From an uncultured Chromatiales bacterium (GTDB taxonomy: Bacteria > Pseudomonadota > Gammaproteobacteria > Poriferisulfidales > Poriferisulfidaceae): 64,000 nt of DNA. The notes beneath the pieces were generated by a model. The model had not been told where the DNA came from. It saw only the letters and a list, made by a program, of their open reading frames with translations, and did not search any database. Positions 1 to 11,240 of this stretch are shown piece by piece (within the stretch, counting starts at the first letter, position 1; the number at the start of each line of letters is the position of its first letter). Made by a program: the position numbers and the translations under genes. The stretch lies in the NCBI GenBank assembly GCA_964526195.1, contig CAZGIH010000020.1, positions 12,803-76,802 of the forward strand, given 5' to 3'.

Positions 1-1
1 C

Positions 2-1939
2 GGTATTGATCTGGGAACCACGAACTCCTGCGTCGCAGTGATGGAGGGTTCGGGTGCGCGCGTCATCGAAAACAGCGAAGGCGATCGGACCACGCCGTCG
101 ATCGTGGCGTTCACCGAGGACGGTGGCGAGGTGCTGGTTGGACAGACTGCCAAGCGTCAGGCGGTGACCAACCCGGAACACACGGTGTTCGCGGTCAAGC
201 GGCTGATTGGCCGGCGCTTCGACGAGGGCGAAGTCCAGAAGGACATCAAGCTCGTTCCGTTCTCCATCGTCAAGGCCGACAACGGCGATGCCTGGGTTGA
301 GGCACATGGAAAGAAGATGGCACCGCCGGAAATCTCCGCGCGGGTGCTCGGCAAGATGAAGCAGACGGCCGAGGAGTACTTGGGCGAGGAAGTGACCGAG
401 GCGGTCATCACCGTGCCGGCGTATTTCAACGATTCGCAGCGTCAGGCGACCAAGGACGCCGGGCGCATCGCCGGACTCGAGGTCCGGCGCATCATCAACG
501 AGCCGACTGCGGCGGCGTTGGCCTATGGCATGGACAAGAAGCACGGCGACACCAAGATCGCGGTATACGATCTCGGTGGCGGAACCTTCGACATCTCGAT
601 CATCGAGATTGCCGAGGTCGACGGCGAACACCAGTTCGAGGTGCTGGCAACCAATGGCAACACCTTCCTGGGTGGCGAAGATTTCGACCTGCGCCTGATC
701 GATTTCCTGTCGGACGGCTTCCAGAAAGAGTACGGGGTCGACCTGCACAATGATCCGATTGCCCTCCAGCGCCTGAAAGAGGCTGCCGAGAAGGCCAAGG
801 TGGAATTGTCCACTGCACAGCAGACCGAAGTGAACCTGCCGTACATCACGGCGGACTCCAGCGGGCCGAAGCACTTGAACGCGAAGATCACGCGTGCCAA
901 GTTCGAATCCCTGGTCGAAGACCTGGTCGAGGGCACCCTGGAACCGTGCCGGATCGCGATGAAGGATGCCGGAGTGTCGGCCGGAGATATTTCCGGAGTG
1001 ATCTTGGTCGGTGGCCAGACCCGGATGCCGAAGGTTCAGGAAGCGGTCGAGGGCCTGTTTGGCAAGGCGCCGCGCAAGGACGTCAACCCCGACGAGGCGG
1101 TGGCGATTGGTGCGGCTATTCAGGGTGGCGTGCTTGGCGGCGACGTCAAGGACGTCCTGTTGCTGGATGTGACCCCGCTGTCGCTTGGCATCGAAACCCT
1201 GGGTGGGGTGATGACCAAGCTGATCGAGAAGAACACCACCATTCCGACCACTCAGACCCAGGTATTCTCGACGGCGGCGGACAACCAGCCGGCGGTCACG
1301 GTGCATGTACTGCAAGGCGAGCGGGAGCGTGCCGATGCCAACAAGTCGCTGGGTCGTTTCGACCTGACCGACTTGCCGCCCGCTCCGCGCGGCGTGCCGC
1401 AGATCGAGGTGTCCTTCGACATCGACGCCAACGGAATTCTCAGCGTCTCGGCCAAGGACAAGGCTACCGGCAAGGAACAGTCGATCGTCATCAAGGCGTC
1501 CAGCGGACTGACGGACGATGAGATCGACCGGATGGTCAAGGATGCCGAAGCGCATGCCGAGGAAGACCGCAAGTTCCAGGAACTGGTGCAGGCGCGCAAT
1601 ACCGCGGATGCCTTGATCCATGCCACGACCAAGGCGATGGAGGACCTGGGCGACAAGGTTTCGGGTGAAGAGCGCGCGCAGGTGGAAAGTGCCGCAAACG
1701 ACCTGAAGGAAGCACTGAAGGGTGACGACTTGGCGGTCATCGAGGCGAAGACGAAGGCCCTGTCCGATGCTAGCGGTGACATTGCCCAACGTGCCTATCA
1801 GGAGGCGCAGCAGGAGGCAAGTGCCGGCGAGCAGGCTCCGCCCGACTCCGAAAAAAGCGATGATGGCGTAGTGGATGCCGACTTCGACGAAGTCGACGAG
1901 GCGGGCAAGTCCGGGTCGGGCAACGGCAAGTCTTCCTGA
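2..1939 (+). CDS. dnaK: Molecular chaperone DnaK (Hsp70), 5'-truncated by window edge
   Basis: The frame is open from the first bases and reads [14 protein letters not shown]...; Hsp70 signature stretches ([19 protein letters not shown]) and the acidic C-terminus are present; dnaJ follows. Confidence 0.97.
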   Translation, partial: GIDLGTTNSCVAVMEGSGARVIENSEGDRTTPSIVAFTEDGGEVLVGQTAKRQAVTNPEHTVFAVKRLIGRRFDEGEVQKDIKLVPFSIVKADNGDAWVEAHGKKMAPPEISARVLGKMKQTAEEYLGEEVTEAVITVPAYFNDSQRQATKDAGRIAGLEVRRIINEPTAAALAYGMDKKHGDTKIAVYDLGGGTFDISIIEIAEVDGEHQFEVLATNGNTFLGGEDFDLRLIDFLSDGFQKEYGVDLHNDPIALQRLKEAAEKAKVELSTAQQTEVNLPYITADSSGPKHLNAKITRAKFESLVEDLVEGTLEPCRIAMKDAGVSAGDISGVILVGGQTRMPKVQEAVEGLFGKAPRKDVNPDEAVAIGAAIQGGVLGGDVKDVLLLDVTPLSLGIETLGGVMTKLIEKNTTIPTTQTQVFSTAADNQPAVTVHVLQGERERADANKSLGRFDLTDLPPAPRGVPQIEVSFDIDANGILSVSAKDKATGKEQSIVIKASSGLTDDEIDRMVKDAEAHAEEDRKFQELVQARNTADALIHATTKAMEDLGDKVSGEERAQVESAANDLKEALKGDDLAVIEAKTKALSDASGDIAQRAYQEAQQEASAGEQAPPDSEKSDDGVVDADFDEVDEAGKSGSGNGKSS

Positions 1940-1969
1940 TCCTGGAGGGGGCTCGATGCCGCATGCCCG

Positions 1970-3100
1970 ATGGCCAAACGCGACTACTATGAAGTACTAG
2001 GCGTCGACCGAAAGGTCAGCGAGGCGGACCTCAAGAAGGCGTATCGCCGGTTGGCCATGAAGCACCACCCGGACCGCAACAAGGACGACGCTGACGCCGA
2101 CCGCAAGTTCCGGGAGATCCAGGAAGCCTACGGCGTCCTGTCCGATTCCGAGAAACGTTCCCTGTACGACCGCTTCGGGCACGATGCGGTCGGGGCTTCG
2201 GGTGCATCCGGTGCCGCAGGGGCGGCCAGCGGGTTCGAAGATATATTCGGTGACATGTTCGGCGACATGTTCGGTCGGGCGAGCCGGGGCCGCACGGAAG
2301 TACGCGGCGCAGACCTGGCCTACCGGGCTGAGTTGGATCTGGAAGAAGCGGTATTCGGGGTAACCCGCGAGATCGATGTCGAGATGGCGATGCAGTGCGA
2401 AACCTGCGATGGCACCGGTTGCGCACCCGGCACCCAGCCGGAAACCTGTTCGACTTGCCAGGGCCGCGGCGAGGTGGTGGTCCAACAGGGCTTCTTCACC
2501 CTGCGCCAGACCTGCCCGAAATGCCATGGCGAGGGCCGCACCATTCGCGTGCCCTGCCACGATTGCCATGGTGCGGGACGCGTGCGCAAGACGCGCACGC
2601 TGCGAGTCAAGATCCCGGCGGGCGTGGATCAGGGAGACCGGGTTCGCCTGACCGGAGAAGGCGAGGCCGGCATGCGCGGTGGTGCGCCGGGGGATCTGTA
2701 CGTAGAGGTGAGGGTGCGCAAGCACCGCCTGTTCCGCCGCAAGGGGAACGACCTGCATTGCGATGTGCCGATTAGCTTTGCCATGGCGGCGTTGGGCGGG
2801 GCTGTCGAGATCCCGACGCTGGACGGCCACGTGAACCTGAAGATCCCTCCGGAGACGCAAACGGGCGTGTCGCTGCGCCTGCGCGGCAAGGGTGTTAGTT
2901 CGGTCCGCAACTCGTCTCCGGGCGACATGATCTGTACCATGGTCGTCGAGACCCCAGTCAGTCTGAATGCGGGACAGCGCAGGCTTCTCGAAGAATTGGA
3001 AGAGTCCCTGACCGGAAATGAGGTACACTCCCCCCGTGCCGATTCCTGGCTGAAGCGGGGGCGGCATTTCGTGGACAACCTGAAGTCTTGGTTGCACTAG
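1970..3100 (+). CDS. dnaJ: Co-chaperone DnaJ
   Basis: N-terminal J-domain (YYEVLGV...HPDRN), G/F-rich linker ([10 protein letters not shown]), four CxxCxG zinc-finger repeats; sits directly after dnaK. Confidence 0.97.
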   Translation: MAKRDYYEVLGVDRKVSEADLKKAYRRLAMKHHPDRNKDDADADRKFREIQEAYGVLSDSEKRSLYDRFGHDAVGASGASGAAGAASGFEDIFGDMFGDMFGRASRGRTEVRGADLAYRAELDLEEAVFGVTREIDVEMAMQCETCDGTGCAPGTQPETCSTCQGRGEVVVQQGFFTLRQTCPKCHGEGRTIRVPCHDCHGAGRVRKTRTLRVKIPAGVDQGDRVRLTGEGEAGMRGGAPGDLYVEVRVRKHRLFRRKGNDLHCDVPISFAMAALGGAVEIPTLDGHVNLKIPPETQTGVSLRLRGKGVSSVRNSSPGDMICTMVVETPVSLNAGQRRLLEELEESLTGNEVHSPRADSWLKRGRHFVDNLKSWLH

Positions 3101-3116
3101 AAAAAAGGATTTTCAA

Positions 3117-3932
3117 ATGGGAAAAGTTCGAGTAGGGATTGCTGGTGTTACCGGCCGAATGGGCAGCACCCTGGTTCGGGTGGCGCTGGAGACTCCCGGC
3201 ATTGCGCTGGGCGCGGCCAGCTCGCACAGCCAAGACGAGTTAGTGGTTGGGCGGGACGCCGGGCTGTTCTCGGGAGGGGAAGAGTCGGGTGTGGCGATTT
3301 CCGGGTCGCTCGAATACTGCCATGGAGATTTCGACGTTGCGATCGACTTCACGTGCCCCGAATACACGGTGGAACTGGCCCGGTTCTGTGTGGAACAGGA
3401 AAAGGGCATGGTGATCGGTACGACTGCGCACAGCAAAGAGCAGTTGGAAGCCGTTGCCGAGGCGGCGAAAAAAATCCCGATCGTGATGGCGCCGAACATG
3501 AGTATTGGCGTCAACCTGATGTTGAACCTGATCACCGAGGCCGCCAAGTCGCTTGGCGACGAGACGGATACGGACATCGTGGAATTGCATCATCGCAAGA
3601 AGCACGACGCCCCGTCCGGTACCGCGCTGGCTTTGGGCAAGGCGGTGGCGAAAGGAAGGAAACAGGCATTCCCGGACTGTGCTTCGTTCAGGGCCCTGTC
3701 GACGGGCGACGAAAGAGATGCGGACAAGATCCAATATCACATCATGCGGATGGCGAACGTTGTCGGCGAGCACCGGGTGGTTTTCGCCTGGAACAACGAA
3801 CGGTTGGAGTTAGTGCACCGGGCGGGCAGCCGGGAGATTTTCGCTGGCGGTGCCTTGCGCGCGGCGGCTTGGGTTTCTGGCCGGTCACCCGGGCTGTATT
3901 CGATGCAGGACGTACTCGCGATGTTAGACTAA
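3117..3932 (+). CDS. dapB: 4-hydroxy-tetrahydrodipicolinate reductase
   Basis: 271 aa; N-terminal Rossmann motif [11 protein letters not shown]; conserved dnaKJ-dapB neighbourhood. Confidence 0.92.
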   Translation: MGKVRVGIAGVTGRMGSTLVRVALETPGIALGAASSHSQDELVVGRDAGLFSGGEESGVAISGSLEYCHGDFDVAIDFTCPEYTVELARFCVEQEKGMVIGTTAHSKEQLEAVAEAAKKIPIVMAPNMSIGVNLMLNLITEAAKSLGDETDTDIVELHHRKKHDAPSGTALALGKAVAKGRKQAFPDCASFRALSTGDERDADKIQYHIMRMANVVGEHRVVFAWNNERLELVHRAGSREIFAGGALRAAAWVSGRSPGLYSMQDVLAMLD

Positions 3933-3966
3933 CCCGCCACGGCTGCTAGCCGCCGGGACGTCATGC

Positions 3967-4053
3967 GGAGAGGTGGCAGAGTGGTCGAATGCGGCGGTCT
4001 TGAAAACCGTTGAACCGAAAGGTTCCGGGGGTTCGAATCCCTCCCTCTCCGCC
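3967..4053 (+). tRNA. tRNA-Ser (anticodon UGA)
   Basis: The acceptor stem GGAGAGG pairs with CCTCTCC, followed by discriminator G and CCA. The anticodon stem GCGGT pairs with ACCGT around the loop CTTGAAA (anticodon TGA). A long variable arm is characteristic of type II (Ser) tRNAs, and the T-loop is GTTCGAATC. Confidence 0.9.
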
Positions 4054-4078
4054 ACACGGACGTTGATGGACTACTCGC

Positions 4079-5638
4079 ATGGGGTTTTGGGAACTCGTCG
4101 TCGGCTTGTCGGAAAACCTGTTCTACGCATGGGGCTGGCCTTGGCTCGGCCTGCCAGGCGGAATCCTCCTTGTTCTCGGTCTGCTGCGGGCTCCGCGGGT
4201 GCTCGGCCTGCTGATGCTGATGCTGTCCGCCGCGACCGTGCTGGTGGTCTTGGCTCCGCACGTGACGGGGGCGGGCCGTCCAGACTGGCATGTCTTGCTG
4301 TTCGTCGGGGAATTCCTGCTTGGAGCAGCGGTGGCCGCCTTCGCGGCACGCGGGACGACCAACCTGCTTGAGCGTTGGCGCGGGCGCTGGATGCAGCGCA
4401 GCCCGCTGGCTCGCGATGCGCGGACCGATATCCGCACGGTCGGGGATTTGCTGCCGAAAGCTCGTGATGCCTATGATCCGCTGCCTCATTGCGAGTCGCT
4501 GGAGCAAATCTTCTTGGGCCTGGGTCCGGACGGCGATGCCGTTCATGTTGATCAAGCCTTATGGCGGAACTCCCATGTCGACATTGTCGGCATGACCGGC
4601 AGCGGCAAAGGGATTTTGGCCGGAGTACTGCTGACCCAAGCTGTGCGGCAGGGTGAGGCGGTGGTAGTGGTCGATCCCAAGGACGACGAATACGCACCGC
4701 GCGTGATGGCTCGTGCCGCCCGAGAGGCGGGCGTGCCGTTCTACCGCTTGGATCTCATGGACGAGACGGCGCAGTGGAATCCTCTTCGGGGCAAGACGGC
4801 CGACGAGATCGAAGAACTCCTGGTGGCGAGTCTGGGTTTGGGAGAGCGGGGCACCGAGGCGGATTTCTATCGCCTCAACGACCGCCGTGCCGCGCGGGAA
4901 TTCGCGCAACTGTACGACGATGAACCTTTGCCGATCCTGCTGGAGACGTTCCGCGGCCAGCCCGCAGCCCGCAAGGCGACGAAATTCATCGACGATATGG
5001 AAGAAATTGTCGCGACTCCTTCAGCGCGAGCCGAGGAAGGATTGGATATTGCCGGGGCGATTTCCGAAGGTGCGGTGATTTACGTGCGTGGTTCCGTGCG
5101 CCACTCTCGCATCCTCAAGCTGCAGAAGATGTTCGTGCTGTCGGTGATTCAGTACTGTGAACGGCGCGCTCGCGAGGAAGCCCGTCAGGTTTGCTTATTC
5201 TTGGATGAATTCCGCTATCTGGTCAGCGCACCCGTGCTGGAAGCGCTTGCTTCCATCCGCGACAAGCGAGCACACTTGGTTCTGGCGCATCAGACGGTGA
5301 ACGATTTGCGGAATGTCCCCGACGACCTAGATCCGGAGCAGGTGGTGTCCTCAGTGACTGAAAACTGTGGCCTGAAATTCTCCTACCGGGTCAACGATCC
5401 GGACACCGCGTTATGGTTGGCGCGCATGAGCGGAAATATCCTGGTCGACGACGAGGTGCGAAGCCTTGAGACCAATACGGTGCTCGCTGAACGGGAGCGA
5501 GATTTTCGCAGTTTGCGCCAGTCGGAACGCTATCTAGTGGATACTAATATGCTGCAATCCCTGCCGCCGCGTTGCGCGGTCAACTACGGCAACGGGCTCG
5601 CCCGATTTGTGTTTACGTCTCCGGTACCAGTTGAGTAG
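4079..5638 (+). CDS. Membrane-anchored P-loop ATPase resembling TraD/VirD4-type (type IV coupling protein-like) family; function unknown
   Basis: Two or three N-terminal hydrophobic helices; Walker A-like GMTGSGKG (the Ser/Thr after Lys is replaced by Gly); Walker B-like LFLDEF; LVLAHQTVNDL resembles the conserved Q-motif of TraG/TrwB coupling proteins. The start codon is uncertain. The gene lies 25 nt downstream of tRNA-Ser. Confidence 0.45.
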   Translation: MGFWELVVGLSENLFYAWGWPWLGLPGGILLVLGLLRAPRVLGLLMLMLSAATVLVVLAPHVTGAGRPDWHVLLFVGEFLLGAAVAAFAARGTTNLLERWRGRWMQRSPLARDARTDIRTVGDLLPKARDAYDPLPHCESLEQIFLGLGPDGDAVHVDQALWRNSHVDIVGMTGSGKGILAGVLLTQAVRQGEAVVVVDPKDDEYAPRVMARAAREAGVPFYRLDLMDETAQWNPLRGKTADEIEELLVASLGLGERGTEADFYRLNDRRAAREFAQLYDDEPLPILLETFRGQPAARKATKFIDDMEEIVATPSARAEEGLDIAGAISEGAVIYVRGSVRHSRILKLQKMFVLSVIQYCERRAREEARQVCLFLDEFRYLVSAPVLEALASIRDKRAHLVLAHQTVNDLRNVPDDLDPEQVVSSVTENCGLKFSYRVNDPDTALWLARMSGNILVDDEVRSLETNTVLAERERDFRSLRQSERYLVDTNMLQSLPPRCAVNYGNGLARFVFTSPVPVE

Positions 5639-5654
5639 GGTGTAACAGGTGCTG

Positions 5655-5942
5655 TCAGGTTGCAGGTGAAAGTCGCTTAGTGAGTTGGCTTGCTTTTTTC
5701 ATAGCTTGAGCCAGATCGCAGGATGCCTGAATTCGATACCAGGTTTCGGCCCCGCCTCCGAACACCTTGTCAAGGCGAATAGCCATCTCGGGGGAGATTC
5801 TTGAGCGGCAGTTCACTATGTTCGACAGTTGCTTACGGCTAACTCCAAGCTTTTGGGCAGCTTCTGTTACGCTCAGACCTAAGGGCTCCAGACAATCATG
5901 GCGCACGGATAGCCCCGGGTGGGGTGGACTTTTCATGGGCAT
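5655..5942 (-). CDS. HigA-family (XRE HTH) antitoxin-like protein, apparently orphan
   Basis: [65 protein letters not shown] matches the HigA antidote HTH pattern. The start was chosen at Met20 of the track ORF (5655..5999). No RelE/HigB-like ORF lies upstream on the same strand. Confidence 0.7.
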   Translation of the reverse strand: MPMKSPPHPGLSVRHDCLEPLGLSVTEAAQKLGVSRKQLSNIVNCRSRISPEMAIRLDKVFGGGAETWYRIQASCDLAQAMKKASQLTKRLSPAT

Positions 5943-5986
5943 GCTGTAATCTTCCTGCTGGAATGTTGGACGGGTTAGAAGGAAAT

Positions 5987-6127
5987 CATGGCCAAACATA
6001 GTAAACCACTTACGCCTGAACAGATCGCGGAGATTGAAGACGAGGATATCGATTTCAGTGATATTCCCGAACTGGATGAATCTTTTTGGGAAGAAGCAGA
6101 AATCGTTGAGCCAGACCTAGCCGAATA
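5987..6127 (+). CDS. Small ORF (46 aa) with BrnA/DUF4415-like antitoxin signature; absent from the ORF track
   Basis: Reads [51 protein letters not shown] lies 4-5 nt upstream of the ATG. The [11 protein letters not shown] pattern is typical of DUF4415 proteins. Coordinates +/-1. Confidence 0.4.
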
Positions 6128-6239
6128 GACTCTCTTTACTTGACGTTTTTTCGCTATTTGACCCCTCTGCTGTAAAATAGTCTCCCGGCATAATTTTTAC
6201 GGCTCGCCAAGCCCAAAGCCGGACTTTCAGGAGACATTC

Positions 6240-7376
6240 TTGGCCAAACGCGCGTTGCTCGCTCTCGAAAACGGCGCGTTGTTTTTCGGAGATTCTATTG
6301 GGGCGGACGCCACCGCCGTTGGCGAAGTCGTTTTCAATACCGCCATCACCGGCTACCAGGAAATCCTGACCGACCCGTCGTATTGCCGGCAACTGATTAC
6401 GCTGACGCATCCGCACATCGGGAACGTCGGCACCAATGACGAGGACAACGAATCAAGCCCCCGGGTGCATGCCGCCGGGCTGATTGTCCGCGACGTGCCC
6501 GCGCGCATGAGCAACTGGCGCGGGGAACGGCCTCTGGGTGATTTTCTCGAAAGCCATGAGCTCCCCGGCATTGCCGGCATCGACACGCGCCGTCTAACCC
6601 GAATTCTGCGCGATCAAGGCGCCCAGTCGGGCTGCCTCACGACGGACGTCTCTGACTCGGATCGGGCGGTCGAGCAGGCTCGCGCATTTGCTGGGCTTGC
6701 GGGGATGGATTTAGCGCGGGAAGTCACCACAGAGACGGCCTACGACTGGGACGAGGGGGCTTGGGAAACAGAGTCCAACGAGTTGCCGCCCGTGCAATAC
6801 CGAGTGGTGGCCTACGACTACGGAATCAAACAAAATATCCTGCGTCTGCTGCGCGAACGGGGCTGCGCGGTCACGGTGGTGCCAGCCATGACTCCGGCCT
6901 CGGAAGTGCGCGCCCAGGATCCGGACGGTGTCTTCCTGTCCAACGGGCCGGGAGACCCTGAGCCATGCACCTACGCCCAAGAGGCGATTCAGGAACTGCT
7001 CGACGCCAAAATCCCGATGTTCGGCATATGTTTGGGCTGCCAACTGCTGGGTCTGGCCAGTGGCGCGCGCACGGTCAAGATGAAGACCGGTCACCATGGC
7101 GCCAACCACCCGGTGCTGGAACTGGACACGGGGCGGGTCCTGATCAGCAGCCAGAACCACGGGTTCGCGGTGGACGAGGGGTCACTGCCGGATCATTTGC
7201 GCCTCACTCATCGCTCGCTGTTCGACGGTACCGTACAAGGGATCAGTCACACCGAGGCGCCGGCGTTTGCCTTCCAAGGGCACCCGGAGGCCAGTCCCGG
7301 ACCGCATGACGTGGCCAGCCTGTTCGATCATTTCACCGACCTGATGCAGCAGCATCGCGCTGGGCAGTCCGGCTGA
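6240..7376 (+). CDS. carA: Carbamoyl-phosphate synthase small (glutaminase) subunit
   Basis: 378 aa; [19 protein letters not shown] and the class-I amidotransferase Cys motif GICLGCQ. Apparent TTG start with AGGAGA 7 nt upstream. Confidence 0.95.
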   Translation: MAKRALLALENGALFFGDSIGADATAVGEVVFNTAITGYQEILTDPSYCRQLITLTHPHIGNVGTNDEDNESSPRVHAAGLIVRDVPARMSNWRGERPLGDFLESHELPGIAGIDTRRLTRILRDQGAQSGCLTTDVSDSDRAVEQARAFAGLAGMDLAREVTTETAYDWDEGAWETESNELPPVQYRVVAYDYGIKQNILRLLRERGCAVTVVPAMTPASEVRAQDPDGVFLSNGPGDPEPCTYAQEAIQELLDAKIPMFGICLGCQLLGLASGARTVKMKTGHHGANHPVLELDTGRVLISSQNHGFAVDEGSLPDHLRLTHRSLFDGTVQGISHTEAPAFAFQGHPEASPGPHDVASLFDHFTDLMQQHRAGQSG

Positions 7377-7381
7377 GCACC

Positions 7382-10300
7382 ATGCCTAAGCGGACCAACA
7401 TCGAAAGCATCCTCGTGATCGGGGCCGGGCCGATCGTGATCGGCCAGGCCTGTGAGTTCGACTACTCCGGGGCGCAGGCCTGCAAGGCGCTGCGCGAGGA
7501 AGGCTACCGCGTCATCCTGGTTAACTCCAATCCCGCCACCATCATGACCGACCCGCAGATGGCACAGTCCATCTACATTGAGCCGGTCGAATGGCAGACC
7601 CTGTCGCGTATCATCGAGCGCGAGAAGCCGGACGTGCTGCTGCCGACCATGGGTGGGCAAACCGCCCTGAACTGCGCGCTGGACCTGCATCGCGAAGGGG
7701 TGCTGGAGGCTCACGGCGTGGAATTGATCGGTGCGTCGCTGGAGGCCATCGCCATGGCCGAGGACCGGCAACTGTTCCGCGAGGCTATGGGGGAGATCGG
7801 ACTGGAGCAGGCCCGGTCCCAAGTGGTGCGCAGCGTAGAGGAAGCGCTGGATTTCCAGCCCCAGATCGGTTATCCCGTGATTGTGCGGCCTTCGTTCACT
7901 TTGGGTGGAACCGGGGGAGGCATAGCCCGGGACGAGGAGGAATTACGGCGCGTCGTCGCGCACGGCTTGGACCTGTCACCCGCCCATGAGGTTTTGTTGG
8001 AGGAGTCGCTTCTGGGCTGGAAGGAATTCGAGATGGAGGTGGTGCGCGACGCCAATGACAACTGCATCATCGTCTGCTCGATCGAGAACCTCGATCCAAT
8101 GGGGGTGCACACCGGGGACTCGATCACGGTAGCACCGGCACAGACCCTGACGGATAAGGAGTACCAGCGAATGCGCGATGCTTCCATTGCGGTGTTGCGC
8201 AAGATCGGTGTGGATACCGGAGGCTCCAACGTGCAGTTCGCGGTTCATCCGGACAACGGGCGGCTGGTGATCATCGAAATGAACCCGCGTGTTTCGCGCT
8301 CCTCGGCACTCGCCTCCAAGGCCACCGGCTTTCCGATCGCCAAAGTGGCGGCCCGCTTGGCCATTGGCTACACGCTGGACGAACTCCGCAACGACATCAC
8401 GGACGGTGCGACGCCATGCTCGTTCGAGCCGACCCTCGACTACATTGTGACGAAGATTCCTCGATTCACGTTCGAGAAATTCCCGCAGGCCGAGCCGCTC
8501 CTGACCACCCAGATGAAGTCGGTCGGGGAGGCGATGGCGATTGGGCGCACTTTCCAGGAATCCCTGCAGAAGGCGTTGCGTAGCTTGGAGACCGGGCAAT
8601 GCGGGCTGGATCCGGTCGGACCGATGGACCGGGATGAGCGGAAGCATCGGCTGATGTATCCGGATCCGCATCGGCTGAGGCACGTTGCCGACGCCTTGCG
8701 CGAGGGTTGGAGCCCGGAAGAGATCTACGAGTTGACGGGCATCGATCCGTGGTTTGTCGCGGAGATTGCGGACCTGGTGGCGCAGGAGCAGTCGCTGTCG
8801 GGCCGGGCTCTGGAGGAATTGTCGAAAGACGAGATGTTTGCTCTCAAGCGTGCCGGCTTTTCGGACCAGCGCTTGGGGCAACTGCTTGAGACGACCGAAG
8901 AAGCGGTGCGCGCGCATCGCCATGAGCAGGGGTTGCGCCCGGTGTACAAGCGGGTCGACACCTGCGCAGCGGAATTCCCGACTTCCACGGCCTACCTCTA
9001 TTCGACCTACGAAGAGGAATGCGAGGCGCGGCCGACGCAGGCGCGTAAGGTGGTGGTGCTCGGTGGCGGGCCAAACCGGATCGGGCAGGGGATTGAATTC
9101 GACTACTGTTGCGTGCATGCCGCCCAGGGTGCGCGCGAACTGGGTTTCGAGACCCTCATGATTAACTGCAATCCCGAGACGGTCTCCACCGACTACGACA
9201 CTTCCGATCGCCTGTATTTCGAGCCGCTGGTGCTGGAGGACGTGCTGGAAATCCTGCATGTCGAGCAGCCGTATGGCGTGATCGTCCAGTTCGGGGGGCA
9301 GACGCCGTTGAAACTCGCCCAGGGACTGGCCCGTGCGGGAGTTCCGATCCTGGGCACCTCGCCAGACGCGATCGACGCGTCCGAAGACCGGGAGCGTTTC
9401 ACCGGGGTACTGAAGAGCCTGGGGCTGCACCAGCCGCCGGGAGGCACGGCCCGCGACCGCGACGGGGCATTGAACCTGGCGCGCCGGCTAGGCTACCCCT
9501 TGGTGGTGCGGCCATCCTACGTACTGGGCGGACGGGCCATGGAAATCGTATTCGATGAGGCGGAGCTTGAACAATACATCGAGGATGCGGTGCAGGTGTC
9601 CGACCAGACCCCGGTATTGCTTGACCGTTATCTGGAAGACGCGGTGGAGGTAGATGTCGACGTCGTGTGCGATGGCGTGGACGTGCTGATTGGCGGCATC
9701 ATGCAGCACATCGAGCAGGCGGGCATCCATTCCGGGGATTCGGCCTGTTCGCTGCCGGCCTATTCGATTGAAGAGCCGGTGATCGCAGCCCTGCGCAGCC
9801 AGGCCGAGGCGCTGGCACGCGCACTTGAAGTAGTGGGACTGATGAATGTCCAGTTCGCCGTGCAGGGGGAGGCGATCTACGTGATCGAGGCCAACCCCCG
9901 TGCTTCGCGGACAGTGCCGTTCGTCTCCAAGGTGACCGGCCGGTCACTGGCGCGGATCGCGACCGCATGCATGCTGGGCCGGTCCTTGCGTGACCAAGGT
10001 TGTGAGCAAGAAGTGCAACTGGAATATTTCTCGGTCAAGGAGGCAGTGTTCCCCTTCATCAAGTTCCCGGGCGTCGATCCGATTCTGGGCCCAGAGATGA
10101 AGTCGACCGGCGAGGTCATGGGCGTGGGAGCCCGCTTCGAGGAAGCGTTCGCCAAGTCGCAGCGCGCCGCCGGGGTGAACATCCCGACCAGTGGGTGCGC
10201 CCTGATCAGCGTGCGGGACCCGGACAAGTCCCGAAGCGTCGAATTGGCGCGTGACCTGATCGAAGCAGGATTCGAACTGGTGGCAACCCACGGAACGGCG

Positions 10301-10591
10301 GAATTTCTAAGGCAGGCAGGTTTGGCCTGCGCGGGAATCAACAAGGTGGCGCAAGGCTCGCCTCACGTGGTCGACATGATCCAGGACGGGCAGATCGACC
10401 TGATCATCAACACGACTCAGGACAAGCAGGCCATCCGCGATTCGCTGACCATTCGGCGAGAAGCACTGCAGCATCAGGTCTGCTATACCACCACTTTGAC
10501 GGGTGCCAGCGCCTTGGTGCGCGTGTTAAAATGCGGCACACCTGAAGAGGTTTATCGACTACAGACTTTGCACAGCGAGCGTGTGCACTGA
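7382..10591 (+). CDS. carB: Carbamoyl-phosphate synthase large subunit
   Basis: 1069 aa with duplicated ATP-grasp halves and a C-terminal MGS-like domain; directly follows carA. Confidence 0.97.
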   Translation: MPKRTNIESILVIGAGPIVIGQACEFDYSGAQACKALREEGYRVILVNSNPATIMTDPQMAQSIYIEPVEWQTLSRIIEREKPDVLLPTMGGQTALNCALDLHREGVLEAHGVELIGASLEAIAMAEDRQLFREAMGEIGLEQARSQVVRSVEEALDFQPQIGYPVIVRPSFTLGGTGGGIARDEEELRRVVAHGLDLSPAHEVLLEESLLGWKEFEMEVVRDANDNCIIVCSIENLDPMGVHTGDSITVAPAQTLTDKEYQRMRDASIAVLRKIGVDTGGSNVQFAVHPDNGRLVIIEMNPRVSRSSALASKATGFPIAKVAARLAIGYTLDELRNDITDGATPCSFEPTLDYIVTKIPRFTFEKFPQAEPLLTTQMKSVGEAMAIGRTFQESLQKALRSLETGQCGLDPVGPMDRDERKHRLMYPDPHRLRHVADALREGWSPEEIYELTGIDPWFVAEIADLVAQEQSLSGRALEELSKDEMFALKRAGFSDQRLGQLLETTEEAVRAHRHEQGLRPVYKRVDTCAAEFPTSTAYLYSTYEEECEARPTQARKVVVLGGGPNRIGQGIEFDYCCVHAAQGARELGFETLMINCNPETVSTDYDTSDRLYFEPLVLEDVLEILHVEQPYGVIVQFGGQTPLKLAQGLARAGVPILGTSPDAIDASEDRERFTGVLKSLGLHQPPGGTARDRDGALNLARRLGYPLVVRPSYVLGGRAMEIVFDEAELEQYIEDAVQVSDQTPVLLDRYLEDAVEVDVDVVCDGVDVLIGGIMQHIEQAGIHSGDSACSLPAYSIEEPVIAALRSQAEALARALEVVGLMNVQFAVQGEAIYVIEANPRASRTVPFVSKVTGRSLARIATACMLGRSLRDQGCEQEVQLEYFSVKEAVFPFIKFPGVDPILGPEMKSTGEVMGVGARFEEAFAKSQRAAGVNIPTSGCALISVRDPDKSRSVELARDLIEAGFELVATHGTAEFLRQAGLACAGINKVAQGSPHVVDMIQDGQIDLIINTTQDKQAIRDSLTIRREALQHQVCYTTTLTGASALVRVLKCGTPEEVYRLQTLHSERVH

Positions 10592-10633
10592 GCATGCGCG
10601 CAGGGTGCGTTTTCCAGTCCGATTGGGGGACCG

Positions 10634-11110
10634 ATGAGCAAAGTGCCAATGACCGTGCGGGGGGCCACCCTGCTGCGCGAAGAACTTGACCGTCTCAAGC
10701 GGGTAGAACGCCCGGCCGTGATCCAGGCGATCGCCGAGGCGCGTGCGCATGGAGACCTGCGCGAGAATTTCGAGTACAAGGCGGCGCGGGATCAGCAGGG
10801 ATTCGTGGAAGGGCGCATCAAGGAAATCGAATCCAAGTTGTCGCACGCACAGGTTATTGATGTCTCCGAACTTCAGATCAACGGCAAGGTAGTGTTCGGC
10901 ACCACGGTGGAACTGGTGGACATGGAATCCGGCGAGCACGTGTGCTACCAGATCGTCGGCGAGGACGAGGCGGATCTCGAGACGGATCGGATTTCGGTCC
11001 ACTCGCCCATTGCCCGGGCACTGATCGGTTGCCTGGAGGGCGACGAGGTTTCGGTTGAAACCCCTGGCGGGAAACGAGTGTTCGAGATCATGGCGGTGCG
11101 CGGCGAATAG
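10634..11110 (+). CDS. greA: Transcription elongation factor GreA
   Basis: 158 aa; conserved carAB-greA order; N-terminal coiled-coil and C-terminal FKBP-like domains. Confidence 0.94.
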   Translation: MSKVPMTVRGATLLREELDRLKRVERPAVIQAIAEARAHGDLRENFEYKAARDQQGFVEGRIKEIESKLSHAQVIDVSELQINGKVVFGTTVELVDMESGEHVCYQIVGEDEADLETDRISVHSPIARALIGCLEGDEVSVETPGGKRVFEIMAVRGE

Positions 11111-11240
11111 CAGATTTCGCCACAAAGCAAATTCACGGTGCCGTCTGGCGCCGAAGCCCGCGTCAGTCCATTTGAGAAAAGCGCGGAACCTAATTTTCTA
11201 TAATTGTTGACAGCGGCGAAGCCTGGGACGCCGCCTTGTT

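Noticed and set aside
2221-2280. 12-bp tandem repetition (ttcggtgacatg / ttcggcgacatg) within dnaJ
   Set aside because: It encodes the ordinary G/F-rich linker [10 protein letters not shown] of DnaJ. It is not a CRISPR or VNTR element.
1997-3097. 366-aa minus-strand ORF antisense to dnaJ, and many similar long antisense or out-of-frame ORFs (7976..9430 in carB, 14524..16338 in nusA, 18088..19257 in infB, 30117..30914 in petB, 33641..34675 in glcD, 41398..42366 in tldD, 51574..52923 and 53437..54219 in mutS, 56163..56870 in the cyclase)
   Set aside because: The opposite strand or frame encodes strongly conserved, motif-bearing proteins. High-GC DNA generates long stop-free antisense frames by chance.
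6117-6416. 99-aa minus-strand ORF overlapping the carA start and promoter region
   Set aside because: It overlaps the well-supported carA N-terminus and has no recognisable domain. The candidate HigB position upstream of the HigA-like gene was translated and found not to encode a RelE-like protein.
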